From: Octopus vulgaris
Taxonomy: Eukaryota
Direction of reading: 5' to 3'
NCBI GenBank assembly: GCA_951406725.2
Contig: OX597815.1
Span: 131,874,001 to 131,938,000, forward strand
Length of the DNA: 64,000 bases
In this document: positions 39,410 through 54,284 of the stretch, piece after piece
How the letters are laid out: each line of letters opens with the position of its first letter
Position numbering within the stretch: position 1 is the first letter of the stretch
Translations under genes and position numbers: made by a program
The notes under the pieces: generated by a model
The model's database searches: none
The model's input: only the letters and a program-made list of their open reading frames with translations
What the model was told of the DNA's origin: nothing

Positions 39410-40681
39410 CAGAGTGGGGAAGCAAAATTTACAATATTTTGAGACAGGGATTGAAAGACAGTGTATGGCCAATTAGTTTATTGAAATTCATGAGAATTTA
39501 TTTGCCACAAGAAAATTTACATAATAGCAAATGTTTTTATTCTATGTCCTCCTTCTTTCTCAATAACTGCCTTCACACGCTTCCTGAAACCTGCACAAGT
39601 ATTCCTCAAATATTAGGGAGACAACTTCTCCCATTCTTCTTTAATATTATCTTTAAGAGAGTCGACATTTCTGTGTGATGTTCTATTGCTAGCATATTAT
39701 AAAACGCTCCAAATTCAGAGGGCGGCCATAAATTAGATTAGAAGGCGGCCATAAACATGATTCCAAAAAATTGCTAAAGATTTGCAGAAATCTTGTATTA
39801 TTCTAGCTGTGTGGTCTGGAGCACCATCCTGTGTTCATACATAATTACCATCTGGGTATTTCTGGGTAGTTGGCTTTAAGCCATGGCAATACCTGGTGAC
39901 TCACAGTCTTATAGTAAGGATTAACATTGATCTTTTCATCAGCTTAGTAGAATTTTATAGGCATTTTCTTTCCATCGGAAACCACAACACCAAAAGTCAT
40001 AACTTGAGCAGGATGTTTTGTTTTGAATGTTCCCTTAACCTCAGCTGTCGATTTTGTGATAAATATGTCATTTGTGCGGTTCAGAACAGCATCGACAGTG
40101 AAGATCTTTTCATCTGAAAAGATCGTTACAATGAAGGACTTTTTCTTGAACCATGTAATAATTTTCTTGCACCTTTCCAATCTCTTTTCTTTCATAGCTG
40201 TTGTCAACAAGTGTTTTAGTGTTCTTGTGTAAGGTTTTAATCTCAAATTATATTTGATTGCATTTCTAATGGTCTTGTTGTCTACCACAAGTTCAATTGC
40301 CATTTTTCTCATGGATTTGGTTGGAGCCTTTATGATTTTGGATTTGAGAGCTTTAAAAGCTTTGGTATGTCTTTTGTTGATTCCTCCACTTCTAGACTTC
40401 CTCGTAATATTTTTGCTCATAGTCATTCTATTCTTTACACTATAAACAGTCTTTATGGACACTCCAACTATTCTTGAAATCTCCTTTGGAGTGACGAGTG
40501 CATTCAGCAAATCACACACTCTTTGATGTTTGCTTTCCTGATTACTCATATGCACAAAAGTTTCTGAAGAGGTAAGGATAATAGTGTTAAGTATGATTAT
40601 TACATCAATATATGCTAGCTTTCAGAGGAATTGACTTGCTGAGAAAAAACATCTTAATGTTCATTGTAAATTTTGCTTCCC
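39410..40681 (-). mobile_element. maT (DD37D-like) Tc1/mariner transposon remnant
   Basis: ORF 39944-40555 with HTH region, FSDEKIFTVD and TKHPAQVM.FGVV.SDG; downstream QDGAPDHT and WPP; TIR GGGAAGCAAAATTTACAAT at both ends. Confidence 0.9.
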
Positions 40682-40701
40682 AATATTATATATTATATAT
40701 T

Positions 40702-41250
40702 ACGAGCAAAACGCCCCCGTCCAATGGACGGTGCTGAGTTGCCACGCATTTAAGCCAAATTTTCTCAAAACAACTTGTCCGACCGTCCCATAGACCTCCT
40801 CTTTGAGAAACACTGATTTAACCTAAATTTGAGACACCAGCAAACGAAGAAATAAAGATAGAATGTTTTTCTGTTCCAAAGAAAAACAATTTTATTCACA
40901 CAAATATGCAACCGAAAAGTTTAAAGTACCAGTAACGATAAGGCTGTTCACTGGGAGAACACAAACATGGTTTAAACGGTAAGCTTGGCAGAAAAGAAAC
41001 GTGCCTTTAAGCAGTACAAAAACAACAAAAAATGGAAAGTGCAGTTATGTATAGGTTGACGAAAGAAAAGCAGGACAAAAAAGGCTTTATCGATCGCATT
41101 CTCACCTGGAATAGATTTTTGTAATTTTTCAAGACTTATACACGCCCTCATACCGTCGGTATCTACATATCAAATTTCAGCGCAATTGGATGGAGGATGC
41201 CCGAGATCCTAGAAGATTCACACACAGACAGACAGAACGGATTTTATATA
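40702..41250 (+). mobile_element. Non-autonomous Helitron-like element (family H1)
   Basis: 5' short inverted motif CCGTCCA/TGGACGG; 3' (ACAG)n then GGATTTTATATA; second copy at 47320-47725. Confidence 0.6.
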
Positions 41251-41435
41251 ATAGATATATTATATATTATATATTACATATATATGCACGCACACACACA
41301 CACACACACATATATATATGTCTGTGTTTGTTCCTCACAACACCGCTTGAGAAGCGATGCTGGTGTATATACGTCCCGATAATCTACCTATGTACCTATC
41401 TATCCATTTACATATATGGGTAGGAGGTAGATAGG

Positions 41436-43169
41436 TAGGGCATGCGATGATTTTTCTGGTTGGGGAAGCAATGACCAAAATTTTCTGTCGCATAGATATT
41501 TGAATCAAATTGACGTATTCAAATTAATTTTTTTTAAATCACAAGCAAAACTTGCATATTTTATTGAAATATTAATTCAATCATTCTCTCTTTCTTGTTG
41601 AAAATGTTGATAGCATCATTGTAGGTATCGTTCTTAATACTTTTTGAAACGGTTTTTCTATGCCCATTAGATCTAAACTGCTCAACCTTTCTTGTCCCAG
41701 CGAATTTCTTGTATAATTATGAATTCTCCTTAGGTATGAAAAGGAGCGCTTCACTGAAGCACTTGTTGCTGGTAGTCTTAATATTAATTCACAAAGCTTC
41801 GTTAACTGGAGCAAATCATCAACTAATCCACTATTATGCAGAATATAAAGTAAATCTTGAACGGATTTTTCTTTTAGTTCAGCATCTTTGTACAAGGCAG
41901 TAAGTTCGCTTCTTAACTTTTGGCTGTCGACATGGTCTCCATAAGAATGTTTAAGGCAAGTTAGAGATGTTTCCTGGATGTCGTTATTTTGTCTCACTGG
42001 ATCGAGAAGCGCTGAAAAATGTAATTTATTTAAATTTTGAAATCGTATCTCAAAGTGCTCGCAAATTAAATCTATAATTTTGTAGAACATGTCTGTATCT
42101 TCTGTTTCAATTTTTTCTTTTCTTCATTTAAGGATGAATGCCATCAACATTACTACAAAATTTAGAAAATTCATGTTTTCTTTCAAAACTTTCACAATTT
42201 CATTTACTTTACGAATACAGTAGGATATGTCAAATGATTTTGTTATTTGTTTTCTGCAGGATGTCAAGTGCTGCATTTGTGTAAATAAAAATATCTCTAA
42301 CACATTTAATAAAAAATTGAATTCACAATTTTGTAAATTAGAATACAACGCCTGGACATAGGTATAGCATTCCGTGTCCTATTTACTTAAATCATCAATG
42401 AAGTTTAGGAATTAATCAACAGGTTGTTCATGAATATTCATGAACTATTTCTACCAACGAATAAGCAATTTAATTTCAGTATCTAATAGACACACACCCT
42501 CGATTGACTTACAAAAAAAATAACGAAAATGACTTTATCTGTGAAAGAAGCTCAACGCATTCTTGAATATTTGCACCCGCTTGAGACAGAACTAGAATTA
42601 ATCTATGAGCCATACAATGAACAAAAAAGGGGTGTTGTGTAATTTGAAAAAGTATAAAATATTAGTTGAATAAATGCAGAAAACTACGCGCGTGCTATTT
42701 TTTCACCGTTTTTTTTTTTTTTCTGATAGAAGCAGAATGTCGATTTGTTTCCTTTTCTGATGTAAGTGTTACATAACAACGTAAGATTATATGTATCATA
42801 GGTATTGCGAATTGGCAGAAACTTAATCAAAGCGTATAAGTATTTATTAGCATCTAAAAGTATTCATTATCAGCTCTTACAAGAAAAACATTGTCTCTGC
42901 GTCATTTTTATCGAAAAAAAATGTGAAAATATTACAGCCAAAAGGATGCAACAGCTTGTGTTGCTTCCCTTTCACAGATTCTTTGTGTCGTCTGCCACTC
43001 CTTGTCGTCTCATGCTAATTCCGACAATAGAAGTCTGAATGCTATAATGTTATGTAGTTTATATTAATTTTACAGAACATTAGAAGAACGATCTTATATA
43101 ATTTTAATTTTGTTTCTATTATTTTTAATGAAAGCATTGCTTCCCTTGTTTCCCTGGACCGCACGCCTA
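41436..43169 (-). mobile_element. hAT transposon remnant (ZMYM1/Tip100-like transposase)
   Basis: hATC dimerisation motif LILRLPATSASVKRSFSYLRRI..RNSLGQERLSSL; imperfect TIRs TAGGGCATGCG / CGCACGCCTA. Confidence 0.88.
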
Positions 43170-43297
43170 TGTATATATGTATATATATATATATGTGTGT
43201 ATGTGTGTGTGTGTGTGTGTGTGTGAGTGTGTGTGTGTGAGTGTGTGTGCATGTATGTATGTATATAAACGTGTATGGCATGAATATGTATATATAG

Positions 43298-43960
43298 GGT
43301 ATGAGAAGTAGTGGTGTCAAGAAGGCCCAACGGTATTAGGTTATGCGGAGTAAGTGCTATGGACAGACTATAGTTAAGCTCCAGGTTCGATAAGGATACG
43401 AATGAGGAGTCCAACGCAGATCGTGTATTAGCAAGCATATATATAAAAATTTACAGAATGAGATAAAAAAAAATCCAAGGCTGTGAATAGTTTACAGAAC
43501 ATATATAAAAAGGTCTTACAGCTGTTTCCGGGATATTTTATATATTCCTTATCAGAGACGGTGTGAGAAAATGTTTAAGTAATGGTTATTATAGAGAAGA
43601 TATGAAATACAGAGTGAAGTTGAGCAATGAAAACAGATGTGAGAAACGTAAGGATATTGTATTTGCAGTTCTACCATTTAAGAAGAATGGTGTATATATA
43701 AGTTTCCTGTACCTTGTGTGTGAGTTCCAATGGTGTTTATAGCTGGTTATTCCAAGCATAGAGTCTTGTAAACAGTGTTATTCGATCGAGGGCTGTTTTG
43801 AAGTGACTTAAAAGTTAGGAATGTGTTTGTAAGGTCAAATTAATAATATTAAAACAGTAAAGAGAAAGAAACAGGAAGAGAAAAGAAAAAATAAGGGAGA
43901 GAGACAATAAACAAGTGAAGAAAGACGTGTGTTAGCTAGTGGTCAGGATAAAATGATAGA
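43298..43960 (-). mobile_element. Family B pLTR-like element with hammerhead-like motif
   Basis: 43513-43559 minus reads GTCT-CTGATAA-GGAATAT..ATATCCCG-GAAA-CAGCTG-TA-AGAC; inverted homologue at 44698-45180. Confidence 0.78.
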
Positions 43961-44697
43961 TAAAATGATAAAATGATAAAATGTATGAGCTTGTTTATAT
44001 ACGTGTATGTATATGTACGTGTTATATATATATATATGTACATGTGTGTGTATGTATATATGTACGTGTATATATGTATATGTGTATATACGCGTGTTGT
44101 ATAAATATATGAACATGCAAGCGGGTACAAGTAAGTATATATGATCATAGGTATAGATATTTTACATAAATACGAATTTGTATATGCGTATGTGTAGATA
44201 TATATATTGTACGCATACCTGCCTTTGTGTGTATGTGTGTGTGTGCGTGTGTGCATGTAGACATTTGCATGCATTTATGCCCCTGTGTGAATCTGCATGC
44301 ATGCATTTACGTATGCAAGAAATTACATATACAAAAATAGATACAAATGATCGTGTATATGCTTGAATGCGTGTAACATACAATAATTTTTATGCGTATA
44401 TATGTGTTGATGTGTGTAAATGTCTTCATACATGTGTGGATACGTATTTGTGTATGCAGCTTCACGAATATAGATTATCTTTTTCTTCTACTACTCACCA
44501 CTAACCTGTCCATTTAAGCAACTTGACTTATATTCTTAAATCTTCATTCCACCTCAATTTTACTACCCGTCTCTCTACACTTCCTAAGCCAATCCCTTAA
44601 GCTCTATCCCAACACCCCTGCTAACATACCCCATACTCTTTTACTCTTTACCCTTTCATCTTTTCCTTTCCCTCACCCCACCACCTCTCCTTTCCTT

Positions 44698-45176
44698 CTA
44701 TCATTTTATCCTGACAACTAGCTAACGCACCACTTTCTCCACTTGCTTATTGTCTCTCTCCCATTTTCCCCTATTCTCCTGTTTTTTATTTGACCTTACA
44801 AAACATATTTCCAACTTTTAAGTCACTTCAAAACAGCCCTCAATCGAATAACACCGTTTACAAGACTCTACGCCTGGAATGACCAATTATAAAGAACATT
44901 GGAACTCACACCCAAGGTACAAGAAGCTTATATATACACCATTCGGCTTGAATAATCGAACTGCAAATACAATATACTTACTTATCTCATGTCTGTTTTA
45001 ATTCCTCCACTTCACTCTGCATTTCATATCTTCTCTATAATAGCTATTACTTAAACATTTTCTCGCACCGTCTCTGATGAAAGGGTGTATAAAACATCCT
45101 GGAAACAGCTGTAAGACCTTTTTATAAATGTTCTGTACACAGCCATGGATTTTTTATCTCATTCAGTTAATTTTTA

Positions 45177-45180
<4 letters not shown>
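44698..45180 (+). mobile_element. Family B pLTR-like element
   Basis: Diverged inverted copy of 43445-43960; ends at (TA)n. Confidence 0.8.
45070..45117 (+). ncRNA. Minimal type I hammerhead ribozyme (family B)
   Basis: GTCT-CTGATGA-aAGGGTGT-ataaa-ACATCCTg-GAAA-CAGCTG-TA-AGAC; palindromic helix III; predicted cut after 45113. Confidence 0.8.
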
Positions 45181-45273
<93 letters not shown>

Positions 45274-46953
45274 ATATATTTGTTTGTGAGTGAGTGTGTA
45301 TTTATACGACGGGCTTCTTTCAGGTTCAGCCTGTCAAATTCACACATAAAGTTTCGACGGCCCGAGGCTATAGTCCCGACTGAACCCAGAATCGTGCAGT
45401 TGCGAAACCTCTCACCATACAGCCTCACGTACGGCTCTATATGTGCGTGTGTGTGTGTATGTGTGTGTGTGATGTGCGTGCGTGTTTGTTTGTATTTGTG
45501 TGTGTATGTGTGTGCATGTGAGTGCTTTTGTGTGTGTCTGTGAGTAAATGAACCTTTTTATGATAGTAAGTTTTGCGTACTTATAAATGTGCGAAGTTCT
45601 TTGAGGACACGTAGAGTGAAGCGAAATGATTACACCGCTGCAATTTACTGATATTTTGTAAGAAAATGTGTTGTCATCTGATTATAGTAACGTGTTACTG
45701 AGGAAATTGGACTGCATTTCTCAAGATTCTGTCTCAAAATCTTCAAAAGAACCTCGGCTTCAAACTGGAAATTATCTAGCGAAAAGTGTTTAATCTGATT
45801 TGAATTGGTGTATCGGTAGTTTCTTCACTATTGAGAATGCTAAACCAATATCCAACTCTACTTAGACAATGAGAAGACAATGTAGTGCTGTTGACTAGTA
45901 AGTGCTCGCATATATTCGATCATTTCAAGAATAATGTTTAGTTGCAGACACATATACACACGCTATATACACATGCGTGTGTTTGTGTGTTTGTATGTGT
46001 GTGTGTGTGTATGTGTGTATGTGTGTGTACCTTGTTTTAGGAATAACATAATAATAATATACATATGGATAGGTAGATAGATATATGTATAGAAATGCGT
46101 ATATATAAAAATGAAACTGTTAAGGTATTATACAACGTTTGTAAAATGTATGCTAGAATATAGTATACGACACTTCCATAGATTCTTAAACAACACTATG
46201 CTACGATGATTCTCTACATTACACCTATACACACATAATATAGTCGCGGATTGTCAAGGAAGGACTTTCACTTCTTGATTTCAAATCTATCTCCTGTTTC
46301 GTCTGTAGTTATGCAGCTTCCTTAACTATACACAAACAAACATCTTATAAAGCCCCCCACATTGAAGACTATACAGAACTGGATGGAGAAATTTGCATCA
46401 TAACACTTTCTTAGCAGTTAATTTGAATAATAATTAATTAGTATTAACTGCTTACTTTCATCTCCATAACATTCTATATTCAAATATCCAATGATTACTT
46501 ATTTGATCGAAGTAGCTGCCAAGAATACGTTACATATTCAAATTGGCCCATCCCATTTAATTTAACTACAAATGCCACCAATTGGAGCATAAATTGAATT
46601 TGTGTAGATATGAAAATACCAGAGCTAGCGTTTTGAAGCAAGGCGTTAAAATAGACCTCTTTACTAATCACGCCGGTAGCACTGTAATGACTAGTTAATC
46701 CATTATTGTTTTACCCGAATATCATTTATTAGGTAATTAGGCGATCTATTGATGAACACTCTGCAGATTCGACTTGACACTAGTCAGAAGTAGCAAACAT
46801 GTGACACAAAAATACACGTGTGCACGGACACAAACACGCATTAATTGTTCATATAAATTCTTAATTTTGCGTAGGGGTCGATTTGCTCGACTAAAGGCGG
46901 TGCTCCAGCATGGCCACAGTCAAATGACTGAAACATGTAAAAGAGTAAAGGAG

Positions 46954-47027
<74 letters not shown>

Positions 47028-47029
47028 GT

Positions 47030-47725
<696 letters not shown>

Positions 47726-47730
47726 TATAT

Positions 47731-47786
<56 letters not shown>

Positions 47787-48404
47787 ATTTAAAACAGTTT
47801 GCTTCGTATTCCGTGGTAATTACAGTTTCAAAGCATAAGATGATGCCTACTGACAACCATTAGAAATTTGAATAAGGAATCGTTTGGAGGAAGTGAGACG
47901 TTATTGCCAAGTGATTGGCCGCGATTAGTCGAGGAAGATCACGTGGTGTCACAGTTTGAAGTTGGTATTTCGGGAACAACACTTACTTGAGAAATACTGC
48001 ATGGTGAACGGAAAATCGACCGTATGGTGGACTGGAAATCGGTCGCGTACTTAGGGAGGGAGTAGGGAGGGATGGTGAGACACCATATCTACGGTTATAA
48101 ATATGAGCGCATACGCGCACAGATGTGGATGCCTGTGTGTATTTGAATATGTGAATATAAGATATATAAGATTTTATAGATATGGGAACTCGCAAGCTGG
48201 TGTGTGTGTGTATGCATGTGCGTGCATGTGCGTGCATGTGTGCGCGCGCGCGTGTAGCAGACTGAGTAGCTGTATGCCTGCGTATATATTTGTGCATGTG
48301 TGTGTTTTTATTTATGCGTGCGTGTGCATAGGTGTACAGGCATAAACACAAATACACACACACACATATATACACGCACAAACACATAGACTGATATATA
48401 CTTA

Positions 48405-48786
48405 ACTAGCAGTATCGCCCGGCGTTGCTCGGGTTTGTAAGGGAAATAACTATATAAGCATTTTTAGAGATGTAAAGTATAATAGCCATCTCAATATGGC
48501 TAACCACAAAGGGGGGGTTACTGTAGCTTTCTGAGATTTAATAATAAATTTTTAGAGAGTTACTTCCCTTATATATGCCAAAAATGCATTAAAAATGTGA
48601 AAAATTGATGGTAATTTTTTTTAAATCGTAGACTCGTCGTAGACGCGCGCTAATACCCAGAAGGGCTCGATATGAATCACGACTATAAGATACCCGGTTT
48701 TGGTTAAACTGCACCGCAAAATGTGGGAGTAGTTAGGAATCTAAATCGTAGGAGACAGACAGCACACAACCTCTCTTTTATATATA
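48405..48786 (+). mobile_element. Helitron-like element (family H2)
   Basis: Starts ACTAGCAGTATCGCCCGGCGTTGCTCGGG; ends ACAGACAGCACAC..TTTTATATATA. Confidence 0.6.
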
Positions 48787-48885
48787 CTTAATATATATGA
48801 GTATGTGTGCGTATACATAAGTGTGTATATATATTAGTGTAATTGTGTATACGTGCATGCGCACGCGTGTATGCATCCTATTTAC

Positions 48886-48975
48886 CATTCGGTATTTTTC
48901 AAGTAACTCGTGTCGTTGAAATACCAGCAAGAAACTGTCATAGAGTATGGTATCTCTTGACCAATCACAGTCCAT
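48886..48975 (-). other. Candidate 90-nt host exon
   Basis: Bounded by aatag| and |gtaaat; length divisible by 3; open in two frames; no recognisable domain. Confidence 0.25.
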
Positions 48976-49225
48976 CTATTGTTAATAATATCTGACTTTC
49001 TCCAATTGATTTCTCATTCAAATTTCCAATGGCTGAGTTTAAGCATCATCTTGTGCTTTAAAACTTTATGTACCACGGAATGTGAATCAAATTGTTTTGA
49101 TCCATACATCTTACTCCCAATATATGTGTTGAATGCCCTTCTTCCGTTGCTCACTCATTCCTCGTGTATATATATATATATAGAAATAAATCACGAAAAC
49201 ATTGCTTGAAATACATGTAGAATTA

Positions 49226-50497
49226 CGTGGTGGTATCAAGACCTTCCCGGACTAGTTGTTTCATTAAAGTAACTTCTTTACCTAAGTTTTAACATAATCT
49301 CATTCGAAATAGTCACCTTGTGCAGCAATACAACGATCCCAGCTTTCCTGACTCTTTCGGAATCCCATCGGAAGTAAGTCTTTTTCCAGTCGAGAACATT
49401 CTGCGATTTGCTCCTGTTCTCGACAAGAGTTAAAACGTTAACCATTGACCTGCGTTTTCATCTTGGAGAATAAATCGAAGTCTGCAGGTGCTACGTCTGG
49501 TGAATAGAGCTGCTGCAGAAGCAATACCATGTTAATTTTGGCGAGAAGTTCGTGAGTGAGGAGAGCTCGGTGAACGGGAGATTTATCGCCGAGAAGAATC
49601 CAATTATTAGTTTACCACACATCTGGTCGCTTTCACCGAATGTCAACTCTCAAATACTTCCAAAGTTTGCAGTAGGACTCTCGATTTACATTCTGGGCCT
49701 GGGGAATGTATTCTCGTTGCACAATATCGTTAAAGGCGACAAAAAAAAAACATGAGCATGTTCTTCTTTGACTGCGGCTCAATCGGGCCGTTTTTGATCG
49801 TGAGGATGAAAGACTCTTCCAACATGACCATTGCTGCTTCGTCTTAGGGTCTTGCCGTAGACTCAACACTCGTCACCGGGGATGATCTTCGACATGAAGG
49901 ATGGGTCATCAGAGGCATGCTGACGGAGGTTTTCATTCTTTGATTCAATATTTTTCTGGTCATTGGTCAAGAGGCGGGGTTAAATCTTGACAGAGGTACG
50001 TGACGTTTTCACTTAAGATGTTAGGATTGTCTACACGGACCTATACAACAGACCAACAACATTAGCAATGTCATTCATTGTCCTCCGACGATCCCCATGC
50101 ATAAGCTGATGGATGTTCTCCGTATTTCCGGGAGCAACGCTCGCGGCAAGTCCTCCAAATCGCTCATCATCTTCCAGGAACGTTTGTCCGCTTTTGAAGC
50201 ACCCGTGCCATCTGAAACCTTCTGTATTACCAACTGTCCCGTTACCGTAGTCTTGCCGAAGCAGACTTCCCAAGTTTAACACAAAATTTAACTTTGACTC
50301 TTTGTTCCAACTATCGGTCCATGACAAAATCGCAGACTACATCCCATAAGTGATCACAGAAACACAAATTTCACAACTTGCAAAGTAAACACTGCCACAT
50401 GATGGTCACTGCTAGTTCTCACTGCGCATGCAACAGTTTGTTGTCAATTTATTGGCGAGCTATAGAACTAGTCCGAGAACGTTTTGATACCACCTCA
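49226..50497 (-). mobile_element. Mariner transposon, decayed, both TIRs present
   Basis: TA-flanked 32-bp imperfect TIRs (CGTGGTGGTATCAAGACCTTCCCGGACTAGTT); FRWH..FKSG..LEDDER, DPKTKQQ..WKS, EYIPQAQNVNRESY. Confidence 0.92.
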
Positions 50498-51238
50498 TAT
50501 CATAGTCATATGACATAAGCCATCTGAAAATATTTTAGAAACCAAAGGAGCGAAATAATAAATAATTTGGAGAAACCTATCATGATTTTCGTTTGAGTAA
50601 CTTATTTGATATATTAATGCATGTGTATATACGTATACATTTAATCTAAGCAAAATGCATTTCCCAATTTTCATTCGAAGATAAATGCTATCGCTTTTCC
50701 AATTTCCATGTAGCAATTCACTCTTAGCGCTAAGTTGAAAATAATTCTGAAAATAGCCGTAGTGTTAGGATTAGGACAAAATGGATTTCTGGATCTGGAC
50801 AGGAAACAGAAAATGTAATATATATCTTTCACAAATGAGAATTAAAAGGTATCACAGAAGCTCTTATAAATTTACCAATCACATTTCTCTGTATACATTA
50901 GATTTCAGTTTGATATATCGCAGACTACGCCTGTGACACTACAATACAAACAAACACGCCCGCATTTGCATATAATATGCTCCTGTACGCAGAGGACAAA
51001 ATAGAGAATCAATATATAATTAGTTTTATGTGGGGAATTTGTATGGGAGCATCTTCTTCCTACATATCTTGAACTCTGCATTCAATAACTATCACTCAGA
51101 TCCTGTTGTATCCATTATCTACGCTATAATGTTTCTACATTGTTTATTTATGAATATTTCGGTGTACTTTGTATATATGCAAGTATAAATAGGAATGAAC
51201 ATATATATATCTGTGCGTAAGTGTGAGTATTTACGTAT

Positions 51239-51292
<54 letters not shown>

Positions 51293-51819
51293 ATATATAT
51301 ATATATATACATACATATCCCACTGCGTAACAGATTGGGAAAGCTTATCCTACAAGAGACTTGCAATGTTATTTTATTCACTTATTTCTATATGTTCACA
51401 TCTTTATCGCCTTCAAAGTAATCTTCATTTCAAACGATGTATCGGTCCAGATGCGCATTCCAGATTTAGAAACAGTTCTGGAAATCCTACGAGGTGATTC
51501 CTTTTAACACCTCCATCGTTTCTTAATTTTGTTTTGTTTGTTTGTTTGTTTTTTTTCCTTTTTTCACCTTTTCACATGTGAAAATTAAGTAGCACCAGCT
51601 TTCATGGTCAGTGATGACCGACGAAAAGATATCTGGATCAACTTCCAGCTTTTCTTTCAGTTCACCACACGAATTAAGTCGTGACTACCTTTGATTTTCT
51701 ACTGCAATTCTTTACATTCGTAATTCCTCGCTCAAAATGCGAGTTCCAGGACACATGAATCATATCAACATACTCGTTAATTATTTAGTGATGGTTCTTC
51801 ATGATCAATTCATGAATTT

Positions 51820-52140
51820 TGATTAATTTTTCATTCGTTCGAAAGGTCGACAGCCGCCCTGAACGGGATTGGTCTTCAACCGACAAGCGACCGTTCTTAA
51901 ATCGTGGCAGTCTCTTTGTAAGCTGTTTGAAGCACGACCACTGTTTGAACAACAGTTTTTCCCATCGTCAAACATAATTTTCCGGAAGCACGCTGTTCCT
52001 TCGTTTCAGCCATTGAAAAAAACACAACATGTGGGAGTACGATCCCTCCCTCATGACGATGCCGCTCGGCATACCGATGACTAAAGGTTGCATCAATTGG
52101 CTACTATCGGCAGAAGCCCGAACTACAAGCGTTTCCTGTT
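51820..52140. promoter_or_regulatory. Candidate promoter (CpG-retaining unique island)
   Basis: Visibly more CpG than flanks; CCGGAAG (ETS-like) and ATTGG motifs; no repeat similarity noticed. Confidence 0.3.
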
Positions 52141-52183
52141 ACTTTTGCGTACTCACTCGTATGTATATATATATATATATATA

Positions 52184-52316
52184 TAATCAAAATAGGCAAG
52201 AAGAATATCTTCGGTAATTTGGTACGATCGTTTCACGCTACATCATCTTATTAAACATTGTAAGTATTACAACAGTTTCAAAATGTTGAGCAATCATCAA
52301 TCAAAATTTTGCTGAA

Positions 52317-52318
<2 letters not shown>
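52184..52318 (-). mobile_element. ~135-bp (TA)n-flanked element with degenerate hammerhead (family F)
   Basis: 52216-52308 minus reads AATTTTGA-TTGATGA-ttGCT..AGCgt-GAAA-CGATCG-TA-CCAAATT. Confidence 0.55.
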
Positions 52319-52357
<39 letters not shown>

Positions 52358-52898
52358 AGGAATTGTACAAAATGTATAAATGGATGATGATTAAAGCACC
52401 GGCACAGTTTCGATTACAAGTTGTAATTCGTAGATTTACTGCAGGAACTTCGTAGTGGCGGTTGGGGTAATAGTATTAATAAAATAAGAGATGGAATGTT
52501 TATTGGGTACAACATATGGTTCCACCCGTTCTGGCTCTCTACAGGTACATCAATAAAAAGTCTCACTACAGATTTCTTGAATCGGCCTACATACCGCCAT
52601 ATGTCCTTCAAATTCAAGAATAAATAAAATCAGAGAAAAAATTATTTAAACGCAAAAAAATAATTTATGAACGTGGAAAGTATACATTTTATTTAGAGAA
52701 AATGACGTAATCAAATTCCGCTGTTGTAACTGTTAAGAGAATGAAAAGGAAGTAGAAGTTGAAGGGATGATAATACTTAGAGGAAACATTCTTCTGTTTT
52801 GCTTAGACGCATATGTACATGCAGATGTCTCTTATGATAAAAGGCAGATTTTCTCTGCCTGTGAATATGTTTCTTTTTAATACAATTGTACAATATAG

Positions 52899-53590
52899 AA
52901 TTTCTTAAATTGGAATTTACCTATGATTTTTCGAAGTAGATTCGATTGGGTCATGACATATAATTTTTTTCAATTTCACCCCAATTAAGCAAAAATTCGA
53001 GAAAACTAAATATTTTACGATTTTCCTCTCTCATTTCAAGTGCTTCACTCCTTCTATTACCACACTTTCTCCTACTTTCTCTTTGCAAGTGTACCTTAAA
53101 CCACTACTAAAAAAAATACAGAGGAAACAGAAACAAATAAATACATAACGATATACTCCTCACACAATTTCTTAAGTTGGAATTTACCTATGATTTTTCG
53201 AAGTACATTCCACTGGGTCATGGCATATCAATTTTTTTCAATTTGACCCCCAATTAAGCAAAACTTCGAGAAAACTCAATATTTTACGATTTCCCTCTCT
53301 CATTTCAAATGCTTTACTCCTTCTATTACCACACTTTCTCCTACTTTCTCTTTGCAAGTATACCTTAAACCACTACTTAAAAAAATACAGACAGGAAACA
53401 GAGACAAAAATTAATATATAACGATTTACTCCTCACACACACACATAGACACGCAAACATATACATATACTTTCTCTTTGCAAACCACTCCTCAACAAAA
53501 AAAAAACAGAGGAAACAGAAACAAATAAATACATAACATTTTACTCCTCACACACACACATAGACACGCAAACATATACATATATGACAG
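52899..53590. repeat. ~267-bp tandem duplication plus shorter partial repeats
   Basis: 52899-53165 resembles 53166-53437; partial reiteration 53466-53585. Confidence 0.88.
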
Positions 53591-54128
53591 TGACAAACAC
53601 AAACGTTTCAAACAACTACATACAAACACTCAAACACACACAAACACACGTGTGTGTTTGTTATTATTAAAAAAGGCGCTAAACACAATTCACTTTCTCA
53701 TTCGAACACATTTGCAAACACACACCAGCAATTCACTGACATATGGTGAGTAGATGCTAGCCACTCAAATTATGAGTTACACTATTACACCAATTGTACT
53801 GGGACTGTTGTCTACTTTCCGTTAGTTTTTAGTGTCGAGGAAACAAAACTTTCTCGAGAAATAACAAAAAAAACACTCCTCGATTTCACAAAGGACTTTA
53901 AGAAACGATAGGAACTAAGTTTAGTTGAAGAAAAGAGACGGATTTAAGGAAATCAGATGGTCGAATTGCCATGATAACTCAACAGAAAAGGTAAATTGGT
54001 TTTTAATTTACTTTCTGTCGCTAAGTTTTCGTACTATTAATTTGCGAGCGTACTTCAGTTGTCAATTGTTGAAAGAAAGAAAATGTAAGCTAAGAAGGTG
54101 TGCGTATGTGTGTGCGTGTGTGTGTGTC

Positions 54129-54161
<33 letters not shown>

Positions 54162-54284
54162 AGGAAGTGAAGGATAAAAATATGGCAAGAAGTAGACAGA
54201 TGTACATATATGCATACATACATACATCCATCCATACATACATGTGTGTCTTTGTATGTATGTGTATTAATGTGTGTGTTATCT

